Below the pieces are notes generated by a model. It was not told where the DNA came from, made no database searches, and saw only the letters and a program-made list of their open reading frames with translations. Shown here one piece after another: positions 1 through 12,578 of a DNA stretch of 64,000 nt. Source of the stretch: Octopus sinensis (taxonomy: Eukaryota); contig NC_043005.1 of the NCBI RefSeq assembly GCF_006345805.1, forward strand, positions 54,808,001-54,872,000, written 5' to 3'. Every line of letters starts with the position of its first letter. Position 1 is the stretch's first letter. The position numbers and the translations under genes are program-made.

Positions 1-190
1 TGTCACTACCCTCAATTGCACCTCTTGTCATGAGGTAGGTTCATCTGGAACTCTCGACAGGAAGAGGTCTAGTTTTGATTTGAAAACACCTACATCCACT
101 TTGTATAGATCCCTCTGGCTCTTTGGGAGAATATTAAAAAGCTGTGGGCTCCTGAAACCCAGGCTGTTGCAGTAACTGGTCCTGAAGTGC
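1..190 (-). mobile_element. CR1-type LINE ORF2 C-terminal remnant (runs off window start)
   Basis: Minus-strand translation YCNSLGFRSPQLFNILPKSQRDLYKVDVGVFKSKLDLFLSRVPDEPTS* matches the CR1 RT C-terminal pattern (S..RGP.LFN.LP...FK..LD.FL..VPDEP). Confidence 0.7.
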
Positions 191-220
191 AAAACTTTAA
201 AATGGCAAATAATTTAACTT

Positions 221-236
221 TTATTATTATCATCGT

Positions 237-280
<44 letters not shown>

Positions 281-311
281 CCACATTATCATCACCATCA
301 TCATCATCACC

Positions 312-399
<88 letters not shown>

Positions 400-424
400 T
401 ATTATTATTATTGTTGTTGTTATT
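221..424. repeat. Compound (CAT)n/(TAT)n microsatellite
   Basis: Directly visible. Confidence 0.95.
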
Positions 425-1514
425 ATTCAGTAAAATACAACACAGTCAAGTACTGAGGTTGATGTAAATTACCAAATTCTCTCCCACTAAAAGTGCAAAC
501 CTTGTGCCAAAATTGGTAGCAATTATTATTATTTTTGGTACCATTGTTATTTTAATCTATGAAGCCTTACCATTTATTGAATGACCGCTTAGTTCTTAAG
601 TCTTGATAAGACGTCAGTCTTTTGCAGAATTGAACTCCATAACTCCATATTGTTAGCCAACACATAAGTTAAAGCATTTCACAATGCTATTTCTATCACT
701 ATGTAACTAACAGCAGTAAATAATACTATTAAACAGTATCTAGGTGGCCTTAGCCATTCACAATGAAAGGTCTTGACCAAGAACATATTGGTGAATGTAT
801 GCAAAGTGCTAAACTCTCGCACTTTTATTTTGTTATTCTATCAATTTCATCATACAACTTCACTCACAACATAATGGCAATGCCAAAGAATATAATTTGA
901 TTAAAAATAAACAAAATGAAATCTTGGGAAAGTAAATTACTTTACCAGAAGCAAATGTTTTTTTTTTTTACCCTTCAGCAAAGTTATTTAGTTTTGTATG
1001 AATTGACTAATCACGTTGAGAGGGTGAAATTGTCTTTTTATTAAGAAAAATAAATTAAAATAAACAGGTACGAAATTACTTGTAAAGACTTTTGTTGTCA
1101 AAACTTTTGTAGCAAGGAATAATGTTCTACTGGTCTATTTTGTACTTTATTCCATCAATAACTCAAAACGAATTGAAAACTGGACAGTTGAAGAGAGGTG
1201 TTAAATAGCATTGGGGTGCTGGTGTGCTTTTAAAGAGCAGAAGATGTGGGGAAAAAAAAAATTTTGAATGTTGGTAATTGCAGTTTTGTGTCCTTGAAAA
1301 GAAAAGTGATTCAATTTGTTGTTATGAGATCTTTTCCACTACTGAAATATATCTAATTTATAACCTGGTCTGATCTGTGACAGATATTACTTACATACAT
1401 ATGCACTCACACACACTCATGCATACAGACACACACATACACATACACACACACATACACATACACACACACATGCACATGCATACATGCACACAAACAT
1501 TTGTGTGTGTGTGT

Positions 1515-1740
1515 ATCGTCACCACCATTTAATATCCACTTTTCTGTCCTTGTAAAAGTCAGACAGAATTTGTTAAGGCAGATTTTCTATGATCAGATTC
1601 CTTCCTTGTTGCCAACTCTCACCTGTTTCCAAGTAAGGTAATATTTCCCCAAAGCCAGACATGTTTACACAGAAGATTGGAAATGATGGTGACACCTTAT
1701 TTGTGACAATCACATGAAACTGAGGTAAGGAGACAGCAAT
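1515..1740 (-). mobile_element. Degenerate repeat with RTE-like 3' tail (related copy at ~52230-52350)
   Basis: tttaatatccacttttc...ccttccttgttgccaac resembles the RTE tail motif tttaacgtccgctttcc...cccttcctaacgccaac seen in many copies here. Confidence 0.45.
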
Positions 1741-2070
1741 ACACACACACACATACACACACACATACACACATACCTATATTTTGTTGTATCTTGAGGG
1801 TGTCTGTATGCCGATATCAAACACACAAACACTGGCTCAATATCACATCTTTATTATAAGTCAATTGGTTAGTTATTTAACCAACTAATTAACCGATTGC
1901 TTGCATAATCACTGGATTTATCAATAACCAATCAACTGACTAATAATAAAGAAGTAATATGAAAACCAGGGTGTGCTTTAATTAGTAGCATTCTGCTTTT
2001 CCTGAGCTACAACAAAATTTGTGTGAAATACACAAATTCATGTCAAGAATCTGGCAGACCAAGTGCAAAA

Positions 2071-2445
2071 ATCCACATGGTTCTGGGTTCAGTCCCACTG
2101 CATGGCACCTTGGGCAAGTGTCTTCTTCTATAGTCTTGGGCCAACCAAAGCCTTGTGAATGGATCTGGTAGATGAAACTGAAAGAAGCCCATCATATATA
2201 TATGTATACATTTATGTGTACGTGTGTGTATGTATGTGCGTGTATATGTTTGTGTGTCTGTGTTTGTTCCCCCACTATTGCTTGATAATCAATGCTGGTG
2301 TGTTTATGTCACCGTAGCTAAGTGGTTCAGCAAAAGAGACAGGTAGAATAAGTACTAAGCTTACAAAGAATAAGTCTTAGGGTCAATTTCTTTGACTAAC
2401 TCCCTTTAAGGTGGTGCTCCAGTATAGCCTCAGTTAAATGACACA
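2071..2445 (+). mobile_element. SINE family A (tRNA-derived head, CORE-like ccttgggcaagt segment, internal TA/TG microsatellite)
   Basis: Aligns by eye to about 20 copies in the window; B-box GGTTCAGTCCC; a further partial copy at 2487-2600. Confidence 0.85.
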
Positions 2446-2618
2446 GAGAGAAAGAAAGAGAAAGAGAGGCATAGTTGTTTGGTAAGAGGTTCAGTCCCAC
2501 TGCATGGTACCTTGGGCAAGTTTCTCCTCTATAGCCCAAGACAGACCAAAGCCTTGTGAATGGATTTGCTTCATAGAAACTGAAAGAAGCTCTTCATGTA
2601 TATATATATGTATAGCTA

Positions 2619-2682
<64 letters not shown>

Positions 2683-2684
2683 CA
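2619..2684. repeat. (TATC)n microsatellite, 5' flank of Tx1 copy 1
   Basis: Directly visible. Confidence 0.95.
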
Positions 2685-2685
2685 T

Positions 2686-3694
2686 CCAGGACGACTTTCG
2701 GGCCAGGGCCCATGGACAACTTCCAGAGATCCCTGGCCTGGCAGTGTTACCGAGAAGCGCTACCCGTTCGGGATAAGTTCTACAGACAAACAGAGAAACA
2801 CAGGGCCGACCTGCCCAAGATGCGGTCAGAGCGACGAAACTGTTCTGCACGCACTCGTGCAGTGTCCAACAATTTCCGACCTGTGGGCTTGTGTCGAACA
2901 ACTGCTGACACGTGTGGGACGAGTCGGTTTATCAGCTGAGTCTATCGTCAATATTGTCACGCCTCCTTCCTTCAAACGGGAAGGAAGAGCTATTTTCATC
3001 ATCCTTGTGGCTATGGCGAAAGAATGTATCTGGTGGACGCGTCTGAAAGGATTGGAGACAAACACTTTCCTCTCTGGTCAATCTCTCATCAACTTCTTCA
3101 AGTACCACTTGAAAAGGAAAGTGAGAGTAGAGAGGCAAGTTCTGTCTAGCGAATGTTTTAAAAAAAGAAGGGTGAATGTAGCAAGGATGGCACGTATGAA
3201 TGACGAAGCCATCTTGAGCATAATCCTATGAACCCAGAAATTGAAAACAGAGGGTTACCCACTTGCAAACAAATGTGGTAACATATAACAATATTGACCA
3301 AGGTTACCGTGGTCTTTTTCGTAGGCTTTTCTTCCCACGGATAAACCTTACTTGCTTTCCCCTTTACACCATATATCATAACACTGTGATACACGATCCC
3401 TATTGATCGTTCTTTTTTTTTTTTTCCTCTTCCCCTTTTTTTCCCCTTTTTCTTCTTTTTTCATTTCTCTTTTCTTTTGTTCCTTTTCCCTTTCTTTTTT
3501 TTTTATTTTATTCTTTTTATTCTTTATTCTATTTATTTTTTTTCATTTTTTATTTTTTTTTGTTCTTTCCTTCCCTTTTACGATCCCTCTTGATCGAAAA
3601 CCTACGCCACCCCCTTTTTTCATCCCCCAAAAGAAAAGCTCTACCTTGTAACTTGTCCCATCTGTGTGCAGCCCTGTGTGGCCAATAAAGAAAC
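2686..3694 (+). mobile_element. Tx1/L1-clade LINE, 5'-truncated copy 1 (zf-RVT/CCHC C-terminus + T-rich 3'UTR)
   Basis: FQRSLAWQCYREALPVRDK (frameshift) TCPRCGQSDETVLHALVQC; stop at 3231; ends AATAAAGAAAC|TTATCTAT; homologous to 16678-17640. Confidence 0.9.
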
Positions 3695-3723
3695 TTATCT
3701 ATGCAAATTCAGCCAGTATCATC

Positions 3724-3761
<38 letters not shown>

Positions 3762-3945
3762 GATGGACTTTGCCTTCAGTTTCAATGTATGAGGATCTGA
3801 ACTAGTCCGGGAAATTTTTGATAACACCTAAGATGTTTGTATATGTATGTATTTATGTATGCATGAATGTATGTATGTATATTTGTGTATGTATGTACGT
3901 ATGTACATACATACATACGCGTGTATGTATGTTTGTACATACATA

Positions 3946-4347
3946 GGTGTAGGAGTGGCTGTGTGGTAAGTAGCTTGCTTACGAACCACATGGTTCCGGG
4001 TTCAGTCACACTGCGTGGCACCTTGGTCAAGTGTCTTCTACTATAGCCTCGGGCCGACCAAAGCCTTGTGAGTGGATTTGGTAGACGGAAACTGAAAGAA
4101 GCCCGTCGTATATATGTATATATATGTGTGTGTGTGTTTGTATGTCTATGTTTGTCCCCCCCCAACATCGCTTGACAACCGATGCTGGTGTGTTTATGTC
4201 CCCGTAACTTAGCAGTTCAGCAAAAGAGACCGATAGAATAAATACTAGGCTTACAAACAATAAGTCCTGGAGTCAATTTGCTCGACTAAAGGCAGTGCTC
4301 CAGCATGACCACAATCACATGACTGAAACAAGTAAAAGAGTAAAGAG
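3946..4347 (+). mobile_element. SINE family A, near full length
   Basis: GGAGTGGCTGTGTGGTAAG (A-box) ... GGTTCAGTC (B-box) ... GTAAAAGAG tail. Confidence 0.9.
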
Positions 4348-5019
4348 TATACATATGTACATATGTATGTATGCATGTATAAATAGATATGTATGTATTT
4401 ATGTATGTATGTATGTATGTATACTAATAGAGTTGATCTTGAGCAGCATGACAAGAGGTACCAGAAGCACAGTCATTCATATGACATTACAGCCATCATG
4501 GTTATTAGCTTCTTAATGTTATTTCTATTGTCCCATATAGATATTTCGTCTTATTGCCGAGTAAAAGAACTCTGAGTTCCATCTTTTCAATAACATAAGC
4601 AGATTATCGTCAATATATTTAACTGACAGAGAAAAATAAGATTTAGCTCAGATCATGCAAACAATTTAGATATATTTACTTAGAATAATATACTGTGATA
4701 TACTAGAGAAATGAAATGATTTTTCAGATGTCTGATACCAATTTATATATTTTACTTTCATTTGTGCCAATGATAGCTTTTTATAACTTTGTTAATGCAA
4801 TACAATCTATTTAGATGAAGTGCAGCAAGTACTATAGAGCAGTAGGTAAGCTCCTAGCAAGCTAACTGTTACTGTCAAAATTTCAGTCTTCAGTTGGATC
4901 CATCTTGTTTCAATTAGTTAATTAATAACCTTGACAAAGATTAAGGAGCAGCTATGTGAACACTGAGCTAGCTAGAAATGTTGGTTTCTAATTTTAATAT
5001 GTCAGCAAGTTCAGAGGGT

Positions 5020-5190
5020 GGGGTTAGTTGATTACTTTGACCGCAGTGTTCAGTTGGTACTTATTTTATCGACCCCAAAAGGATGAAATGCAAAGTCGAC
5101 CTTGGCATTTGAACTCAGAGCGTAAAGATGAATGAAATGCTGCTAAGCATTTTGCCTGGTGTGTTAATGGTTCTGCCAGCTAGCTGCCTT
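5020..5190 (-). mobile_element. SINE family B (gagctggcagaa head; ctttcatcctttcggggtcga core)
   Basis: Matches multiple copies in the window. Confidence 0.75.
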
Positions 5191-5299
5191 AGTACTGGCT
5201 AGAAATATCAACTGAGTCTTTTTCAAATCACACCCTATTTTAGTAAAAAGGGATGGACATTTTAGATAATGTGCCATAATTTCTGATATACAAGTGTCT

Positions 5300-5385
5300 T
5301 GGGCAAGTGTCTTATTCTATAGCCTCGGGTCGACCAAAGCCTTGTGAGTGGATTTGGTAGTAGACAGAAACTGAAAGAAGCCCAT

Positions 5386-5422
<37 letters not shown>

Positions 5423-5575
5423 ATGTATGTTATTGTGTGTCTGTGTTTGTCCCTCCAACATTGCTTGACAACCGATGCTGGTGTGTTTACATCCCCATCA
5501 CTTAGTGGCTTGGCAAGAGAGACCAACAGAATAAGTACTAAGCTTTCAAAGAATAAGTCCTGGGGTCGATATTCA
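5300..5575 (+). mobile_element. SINE family A, 5'-truncated
   Basis: Sequence similarity to other family A copies. Confidence 0.8.
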
Positions 5576-5689
5576 AGTCAACATAGTTTATAGTGTAAAC
5601 ATGTAGTAAAAACATTTAGACACCATTACTATTTTTTCAATTTCTGCTGCATTTCACATGAAATTCTTGGTCCTCCAAAGTTGTCTTGG

Positions 5690-5910
5690 TGTATATGCCA
5701 ACCACCATACCCCATTTTGTTCCACTATCTCCATCAAATTAATGTTGTCTGTGTAGGTGCACAGTGAGCTTCACATCAAGTATCGAAGTAAATTGCAGAC
5801 CAATATGAGGATGAAGAGTTTTGCCCAAGAACACAATACACCACCCAGTGTAGTAACTGAAATTATGATTTCACAATCATGAGTGTATCACCTTTATCAC
5901 CAGGCCATAT
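5690..5910 (-). mobile_element. SINE family D, degenerate
   Basis: ttgcccaagaacacaatac core shared with 8680-9008, 42370-42610 and 43165-43410. Confidence 0.55.
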
Positions 5911-6173
5911 GCCTTCTTTTGTAGAATTTATATCGTGCTGAGATCAACTCTCTACCTTTCATCTTTCTGGGAGCTGATAAAATAAAATCCCTAGCAAGTA
6001 TTGAAAGTGAATTTTATCAATTTCCTCCTTTCTACAAAAATTTACTCCATACACCTGTATAAGAAATCAATGCAGTTTTTAAAAAAAACACTAAAGTTTC
6101 ACAAAAACATTTTGAATGCCCTATTTATACCATTGAGAGCTTTTGTCATTGCTAAAAACTTGTTTGTATAAAC

Positions 6174-6802
6174 CAATGGTTCCCAAACCTTTTTGGGCTG
6201 CTGCCCGCTTGACACTCAAGCTACAATTCTAGTACCCCCTACTCACTCAGCACCACAAATGTAGATCATTTTCTGCAGCAAATTCAAAACAACAGTACTC
6301 TTTTACTCTTTTACTTGTCTCAGTCATTTGACTGTGGCCATGCTGGAGCACTGCTGTTAGTCAAGCAAATCGACCCCAGGACTTATTCTTTCGAAGCCTA
6401 GTACTTATTCTGTCAGTCTCTTTGGCCAAACCACTAAGTTACAGGGACGTAAACACACCAGCATCAGTTGTCAAGTGATGTTGGGGGGACAAGCACAGAC
6501 ACACACACATACGATGGGCTTCTTTCAGTTTCCATCTACGAAATCCACTCACAAGGCTTTGGTCGGCTCGAGGTTATAGTAGAAGACACTTGCTCAAGGT
6601 GCAACACAGTGGGACTGAACCCGGAACCATGTTGTTCGTAAGCAAGCTACTTACCACACAGCCACTCCTACAAATAAAATTTAACCTAATTAACCCATCA
6701 CCCCCTTTTGGCCAGCCTTTTATTGTCCCACTTTTTTTCAATGCCTCTCTTGATCTTTCTGCTGCCCACAGGGGGGCAGTATGCTCTCTTTGGGAACCAC
6801 TG
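6174..6802. mobile_element. hAT-type MITE with a nested SINE A
   Basis: TIRs CAATGGTTCCCAAA / TTTGGGAACCACTG; 8-bp TSD GTATAAAC (6166-6173) / GTATAAAA (6803-6810). Confidence 0.8.
6297..6669 (-). mobile_element. SINE family A, full length, nested in the hAT MITE
   Basis: Reverse complement of the family A consensus. Confidence 0.9.
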
Positions 6803-7506
6803 GTATAAAACCTTATAAACAAGATTGGTCTATGCTCTATCAATAAAAAATGATATCTTTTGACTGATTTTTTTACAATTTATCATAATGAAATTTTAAT
6901 GTCTTTTTATTTGGATATCATAAGACTGTTTACTCATTGAATATAAACTAGACTCTGAGACTGGCAGTTTTTGTGTTATTGCCATAATTTCTATTATTTT
7001 CTTCATGATCACATCTTTAGTGTGCCAGCCGTGTTGTAGAAGTGTTAAAAGTTCACATAACCATCAGTTGTGCTCTATGTTTCTAGCAGTAAACACACTT
7101 AATTCTTAATAGTCTCTGTTATCTACCTGCAAAATAGGAATCATGCTGTCTACATCAAGGGAATTGCATAAATAGTTCATTAGCTTGTTGTACTCAGTTC
7201 AAATTATGCTTAGGAAAAGTTCAGTAAAGCATCTAGATCATTAGATGACCACTGCCAACAATGAAGCCTCTGTATGGTTACTCAATTTCCTAGAAATAGC
7301 AATGAAATTTTCATTAAACTACAACCTATTGTCTTCAGCTATAACACAATGGATAATGTAGTGTATGGCACACTATTCTGAAAAAAGATGAGGTAATCTT
7401 AGAATGCTTGTTGGACTCAGGATCATAGTTTCAATTCCTAGACAGAGAAATGTGTTGTGGTCTTAAGCAAAAGACTTCATGATGACAATGATGATATATA
7501 TATATA

Positions 7507-8667
7507 TCATCATCATCATCATCATCATTGTTTAACGTTCGCTTTCCATGCTAGCATGGGTTGGACGATTTGACTGAGGTCTGGCGAACCAGATGGCCGC
7601 ACCAGGCTCCAATATTGATCTGGCAGAGTTTCTACAGCTGGATGCCCTTCCTAACACAAACCACTCCAAGAGTGTATTGGGTGCTTTTACGTGCCACCGG
7701 CACGAGGGCCAGTCAGGCAGTACTGGCAACAGCCATGCTCAAATGGTGTTTTTTATGTGCCACCTGCAAAGGAGCCAGTCCAGCAGCACTGGCAATGACC
7801 TCGCTCGAATGTTTTTTCACGTGCCAGTCAGGTGATGCTGGTAATGATCACACTCAAATGGTGCTTTTTATGTGCCACCGGCACAGAAGCCAGTTAGCTG
7901 CTCTAGTAACAGTCACACTCGGATGGTACTCTTAGCCCTCCACTAGCACAGATGCCAGTCATCGAATTTGATTTTGATTTCACTTGCCTCAGCAGGTCTT
8001 CGCAAGCAGAGTTTAGTGTCCAATGAAGAAAAGGTACACATAAGTGGGCTGGTTACACCCCTGGCATAAGCCTTGAGGTTATGGTCCCATTTGGCTTGCC
8101 AGGTCTTCTCAAGTACAGCATATTTCCAAAAGTCTCAGTCACTAGTCATTGCCTCAGTGAGGCCTAATGTTCGAAGGTTGTGCTTCACCACTTCATCTCA
8201 GGTTTTCCTGGGTCTACCTCTTCCACAGGTTCCCTCAACCACTAGGGTGTGGCACTTTTTCACACAGCTATCCTCATCCATTCTCGCCACATGACCATAC
8301 CAGCGCAGTCATCTCTCTTGCACACTACATTTGATGCTTCTTAGGTCCAACTTTTCTCTCAAGGTACTCACACTCTGTCAAGTATGCATACTGACACTAC
8401 ACATCCATCAGATCATACTGGCTTCTTTCCCTGCGAGCTTACACATGTCCTCAGCAGTCACGGCCCATGTTTCACTGCCATGTAGCATGACTGTTCGTAC
8501 ACATGCATTATACAGTCTACCTTTTACTCTGAGCGAGAGGCCCTTTGTCACCAGCAGAGGTAAGAGCTCACTGAACTTTGCCCAGGATATTCTTATTCTA
8601 GCAGGTATACTTTCAGTGCACCCTCCCCTGCTGCTGACTTGGTCACCTAGGTAACAGAAGCTATCAA
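7507..8667 (-). mobile_element. RTE-clade LINE, 5'-truncated, with (GAT)n tail and tandem-repeat 3'UTR
   Basis: IDSFCYLGD...RIRISWAKFSELLPLL...KGRLYNACVRTVMLHGSETW...LRWYGHVARM...RGRPRKT with five in-frame TGA stops; flanked by (TA)n. Confidence 0.93.
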
Positions 8668-8679
8668 TATATATAGGGT

Positions 8680-9008
8680 AAAGGGCAGTGAGTAAAGACT
8701 GCTTTCAGTCATGAATGACCCTGGGATTGCACCGAGAAGACACAAGTCCAGGCAAGGTTGCTTATGGAAGATCAGTAGTCATCCATGCATAGCAGCCTCC
8801 CCTCTCCACACTACCAATGTAATCCAAGAGAAAGGGAAAGGCCAATACAGTTTGGCACCTGTGACATCGCAACTCATTTCTACAGCTGAGTGAACGGGAG
8901 CAACTTGAAATAAAGTGTCATGGTCCAGAATACAACACACATCTCTGTCTGAGAATCAAACTCCCTACCTCATGATTGTGAGCCCAATGCTCTGACCACT
9001 GAACCATA
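8680..9008 (-). mobile_element. SINE family D (tRNA-derived head)
   Basis: Minus strand tggttcagtggtcagagc (A-box) ... gagtttgattctc (B-box-like). Confidence 0.7.
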
Positions 9009-9057
9009 TGTGATCACGCACACACACATGTATATACATGTGTGTGTATATATATAT

Positions 9058-9191
9058 AGGCGCAGGAGTGCCTGTGTGGTAAGTTGCTTGCTTACAAACC
9101 ACATGGTTCCAGGTTCAGTCCCACTGCATGGCACCTTGGGCAAATGTATTCTACTTATAGCCTCAACTGAAAGAAGCCTGTCGTTTATATG

Positions 9192-9232
<41 letters not shown>

Positions 9233-9435
9233 TTGTGTGTCTGTGCTTGTCCCTCCAACATCACTTGACAACCTATGCTGGTGTGTTTACATCCTCGTAA
9301 CTTAGCAGTTCAGCAAAAGAAACTGATACAATAAGTACTAGGCTTACAAAGAATAAGTCCTGGGGTCGATTTGCTCGACTAAAGGTGGTGCTCCAGCATG
9401 GCAACATTCAAATGACTGAAACAAGTAAAAGAATA
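9058..9435 (+). mobile_element. SINE family A with internal deletion
   Basis: Similarity to other copies. Confidence 0.85.
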
Positions 9436-10703
9436 AAAAAAATTAAAGAATATATATACTTATATGGGCATATATTTGATGTGATGTATGTGTGTATGTA
9501 TGTTTGTGTGTGTACGTATGAGTGTTTGTGTGTGTCTTTGTGTATGTGTGTGTATGTGTGTATACATTAGAAAGGAGTGGTAAGCATATTTTTATATGTA
9601 TTTTATTAATTACCATGTGTTTTCCTGTAATTATCCATAACCAGATGAGTCATTTTCATCATCACATAATTCAAAAATAATAATTTTAGAATGATGATTA
9701 ATTGCAACCAATTTCGATTATTAAGCAATTTTTATAGGAACCTATTTAATTTAAGTTAATGATTTAACTCTAGTTAACAAGTTAAATGGTGTGGTTCTTT
9801 TTTGCAGGTGGGGGGTGTTTTTTCTTTAGTATATTTTGGATAATTGAATTTATTAAATAATTGATTAAGATATGGTTTGGTAATTTTAACGACTTTGGAG
9901 GAAATTATAGTAATTAAGGTTAAGGATACTGTTTAGGTGGAAGGGGAAATAAACTGATCTGGTTTGTAATAGAAGTGATGTGGGTTATAATTATTGATAT
10001 GAGCTAATTGATTTTTCAGCTAGCAATTTGGCACTTTATTGACTCAGAAAGCTGTGACTGATGATGACAACATCAAACATAGAACAAACAGAGAAAACAT
10101 CATAAAAATAAAAACACCCCTAAAACCCTAAAACGAAAAAAAAAAAAAATGTGTGACAATTCATTCACCAAGTGCAGGAATCAGATTTACATCTGTTAAT
10201 AAAATTTAATGAAGTGCTAGTATTTGAACTAAAGAGATGAGCATTCATATCCTATTTGTTACCGTGGCATGGTTGAGTGGCTAAGAAATTAGCTTCTCAA
10301 TCATAAAGTCTCTGGTTCAATCCCACTGTAAGGTGAGTGTCTTTTAATATTGCTTTGATAAACTCACTTAACCATTTAGCATGCAGATTATTCTGCCAAA
10401 TATAATGCTTAGTTATTCAATTTTTTTTTTGTGTTAATTATGCATTATCTCATTGCTGTGAGATTTCGATTTTGTGATTGGCTTACATGTTTATTGTTGC
10501 TTATGCAAAAGGTGAGCCACATGATCCCACAGTGGATCACACAAAATGCTTTAATGAGTTTCCGTGACATTTGTACAATTAGGAACAAAATTAAATGCTG
10601 TATGGATGTTGATCTTGAGCACTTGATAATCATGCCCTTTATTATATACATACATATATACATACACACAGAGAAATTATTATTATCATTATTATTATTA
10701 TCA

Positions 10704-10770
<67 letters not shown>

Positions 10771-10897
10771 CATTCAGTAGTTTTATTTTTATAGCATGCT
10801 TTCACTTTACTACCGAGTGCATCGCTGTGTGCCTTGGGTATGTGCTGTGATTTGTTGTGATGCTCTGATGGTTGCTGTATTGAAAGTGTTTTGCATA
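10771..10897 (-). mobile_element. R4/Dong-like (RLE) LINE 3' end, copy A, embedded in (TAA)n
   Basis: Near-identical to 11629-11755; flanked on both sides by (TTA)n. Confidence 0.7.
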
Positions 10898-10909
10898 TTA
10901 TTATTATTA

Positions 10910-10956
<47 letters not shown>

Positions 10957-11497
10957 GAGTGAGAGAGCAGTGCATGCCATCAAAGTGACCCTTGGGCATA
11001 AATATACAAAGCCCAATATACTCATCATGACTACCAGCCTGATAAGAGTACACCAGGCACATGCATCACAACCATATGTGCCTGACATGGTGATCTCATC
11101 AACAGAAACAATGCATGACCTTGCAGATGGGGCCCAGTTAGTATTTTCTTCTGCTAAGTAGCCCAGCCTGCTCAAAAAGTCCCTGAATAAGAGTTGTTTA
11201 AGGTTGATGAACAAACTATCCATGCCTCCAGAGAGGAATTATTCATACCCCCAAAGAATTCCTCTCAACATGTGGCTATGATGCTCCCCCACTACTCCTG
11301 CCAATGATCGGAGATGCACATATTGTCAGCCAACAAGGAATACACTCAACTGGTTAAGGTCAAACAATTGTGATATTGAGCAGAATATTTGCTATAGCCC
11401 ATCTTTTATACCAAGACAAAACATGCACATGATAACAATTCCAATCAGTTAAGCTCAGAACCCATGAGAGCCAGTGGCTGATACTGCATCAGAGCAT
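10957..11497. mobile_element. Unclassified ~540 bp interspersed element flanked on both sides by (ATT)n
   Basis: Sharp GC step with (ATT)n directly at both ends; no ORF recognised. Confidence 0.5.
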
Positions 11498-11510
11498 TTA
11501 TTATTATTAC

Positions 11511-11552
<42 letters not shown>

Positions 11553-11555
11553 CAT

Positions 11556-11628
<73 letters not shown>

Positions 11629-11629
<1 letters not shown>

Positions 11630-11849
11630 TTTAGTAGTTTTATTTTTATAGCATGCTTTCACTTCACTACCAAGTGCAGCTCTGTGTGCCTTGGGTATGT
11701 GCTGTGGTTTGCTGTGATGCTCTTATGGTTACTGTATTGAAAGTGTTTTGCATAGGATGTGTGCAGTGCCCAGTAGTGCAATTTTCTTTATGTTATATAT
11801 ATTTGTAAATCCTGGTGTTTTTGTTATGTATTTGTCTGAATGTTTTTTT
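11629..11849 (-). mobile_element. R4/Dong-like (RLE) LINE 3' end, copy B
   Basis: Minus translation KKHSDKYITKTPGFTNIYNIKKIALLGTAHILCKTLSIQ* (stop 11729-11731) matches the RLE-domain terminus (IQK.ALLGTAHILRK.L); 3' end joins (CTA)n/(TAA)n. Confidence 0.75.
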
Positions 11850-11901
11850 AGCTAGCTATTTGGCACTTTATTGACTTTATTATTATTATTATTATTATTA
11901 C

Positions 11902-11955
<54 letters not shown>

Positions 11956-12578
11956 CATTATTATTATTGTTATTATTATCATTATCATTATTATTATTAT
12001 TACTATTTATTGATTGATGTATTTATTATTATTTCAATGATTATTGTCTAAAACAGTTTGATTCAACCCCATGTGAAAATATCAAAGGCTCATTTAATTG
12101 AATAGAGATGATACTGCATTGTGTCCATTCATTTAACTGAGCCTGATGAGCAAAGTACTTTATGAGGCCAATGACGCATTAAGTCACATGGAGTTGAATC
12201 AAACTGCTTTAAATAGTAACTTCTATTAAATATGTTGAGTGCCACTTTCTTTCATCTGTCCACTCACTTGTATACACACACACACACACACACACACTCA
12301 CACACAAATAAAACTGCCTGAGCTAGCTATGCAAGATGTACATACATGTATCCATGTAAATAGCGAGAAAACAAAGACAGAAAAATATGCATGTATAAAT
12401 ATATAGATATTTATATATTAATTAGGCAAAATTACACAGTACAAAGGCACAAAAAATTAAGGGGAACAAATATGGCGTTACAGGCCCGACAGCTGTTTCT
12501 GGGGGCTCTGAATTACTTCATAATGTTGGCAGATGTAGTTAACAAAAAGTGAAAGGTATGCAGCTAGTTGTGGAAGTA

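Noticed and set aside
1623-1719. Minus-strand exon-like segment (ccttacctcAG...ACAG|GTGAGA)
   Set aside because: It lies wholly within a degenerate repeat that recurs at ~52230; the peptide is unrecognised.
3946-4020. tRNA-like A/B boxes in many repeats
   Set aside because: These are SINE heads with no cloverleaf or anticodon arm; no tRNA gene is called.
12143-12149. CTGATGA motif
   Set aside because: No stem II or GAAA downstream.
12486-12525. Minus-strand GAAACAGCTGTC (palindromic stem III + GUC)
   Set aside because: The upstream core is degraded (TTATGAAG) and stem I has no partner; at most a dead hammerhead relic.
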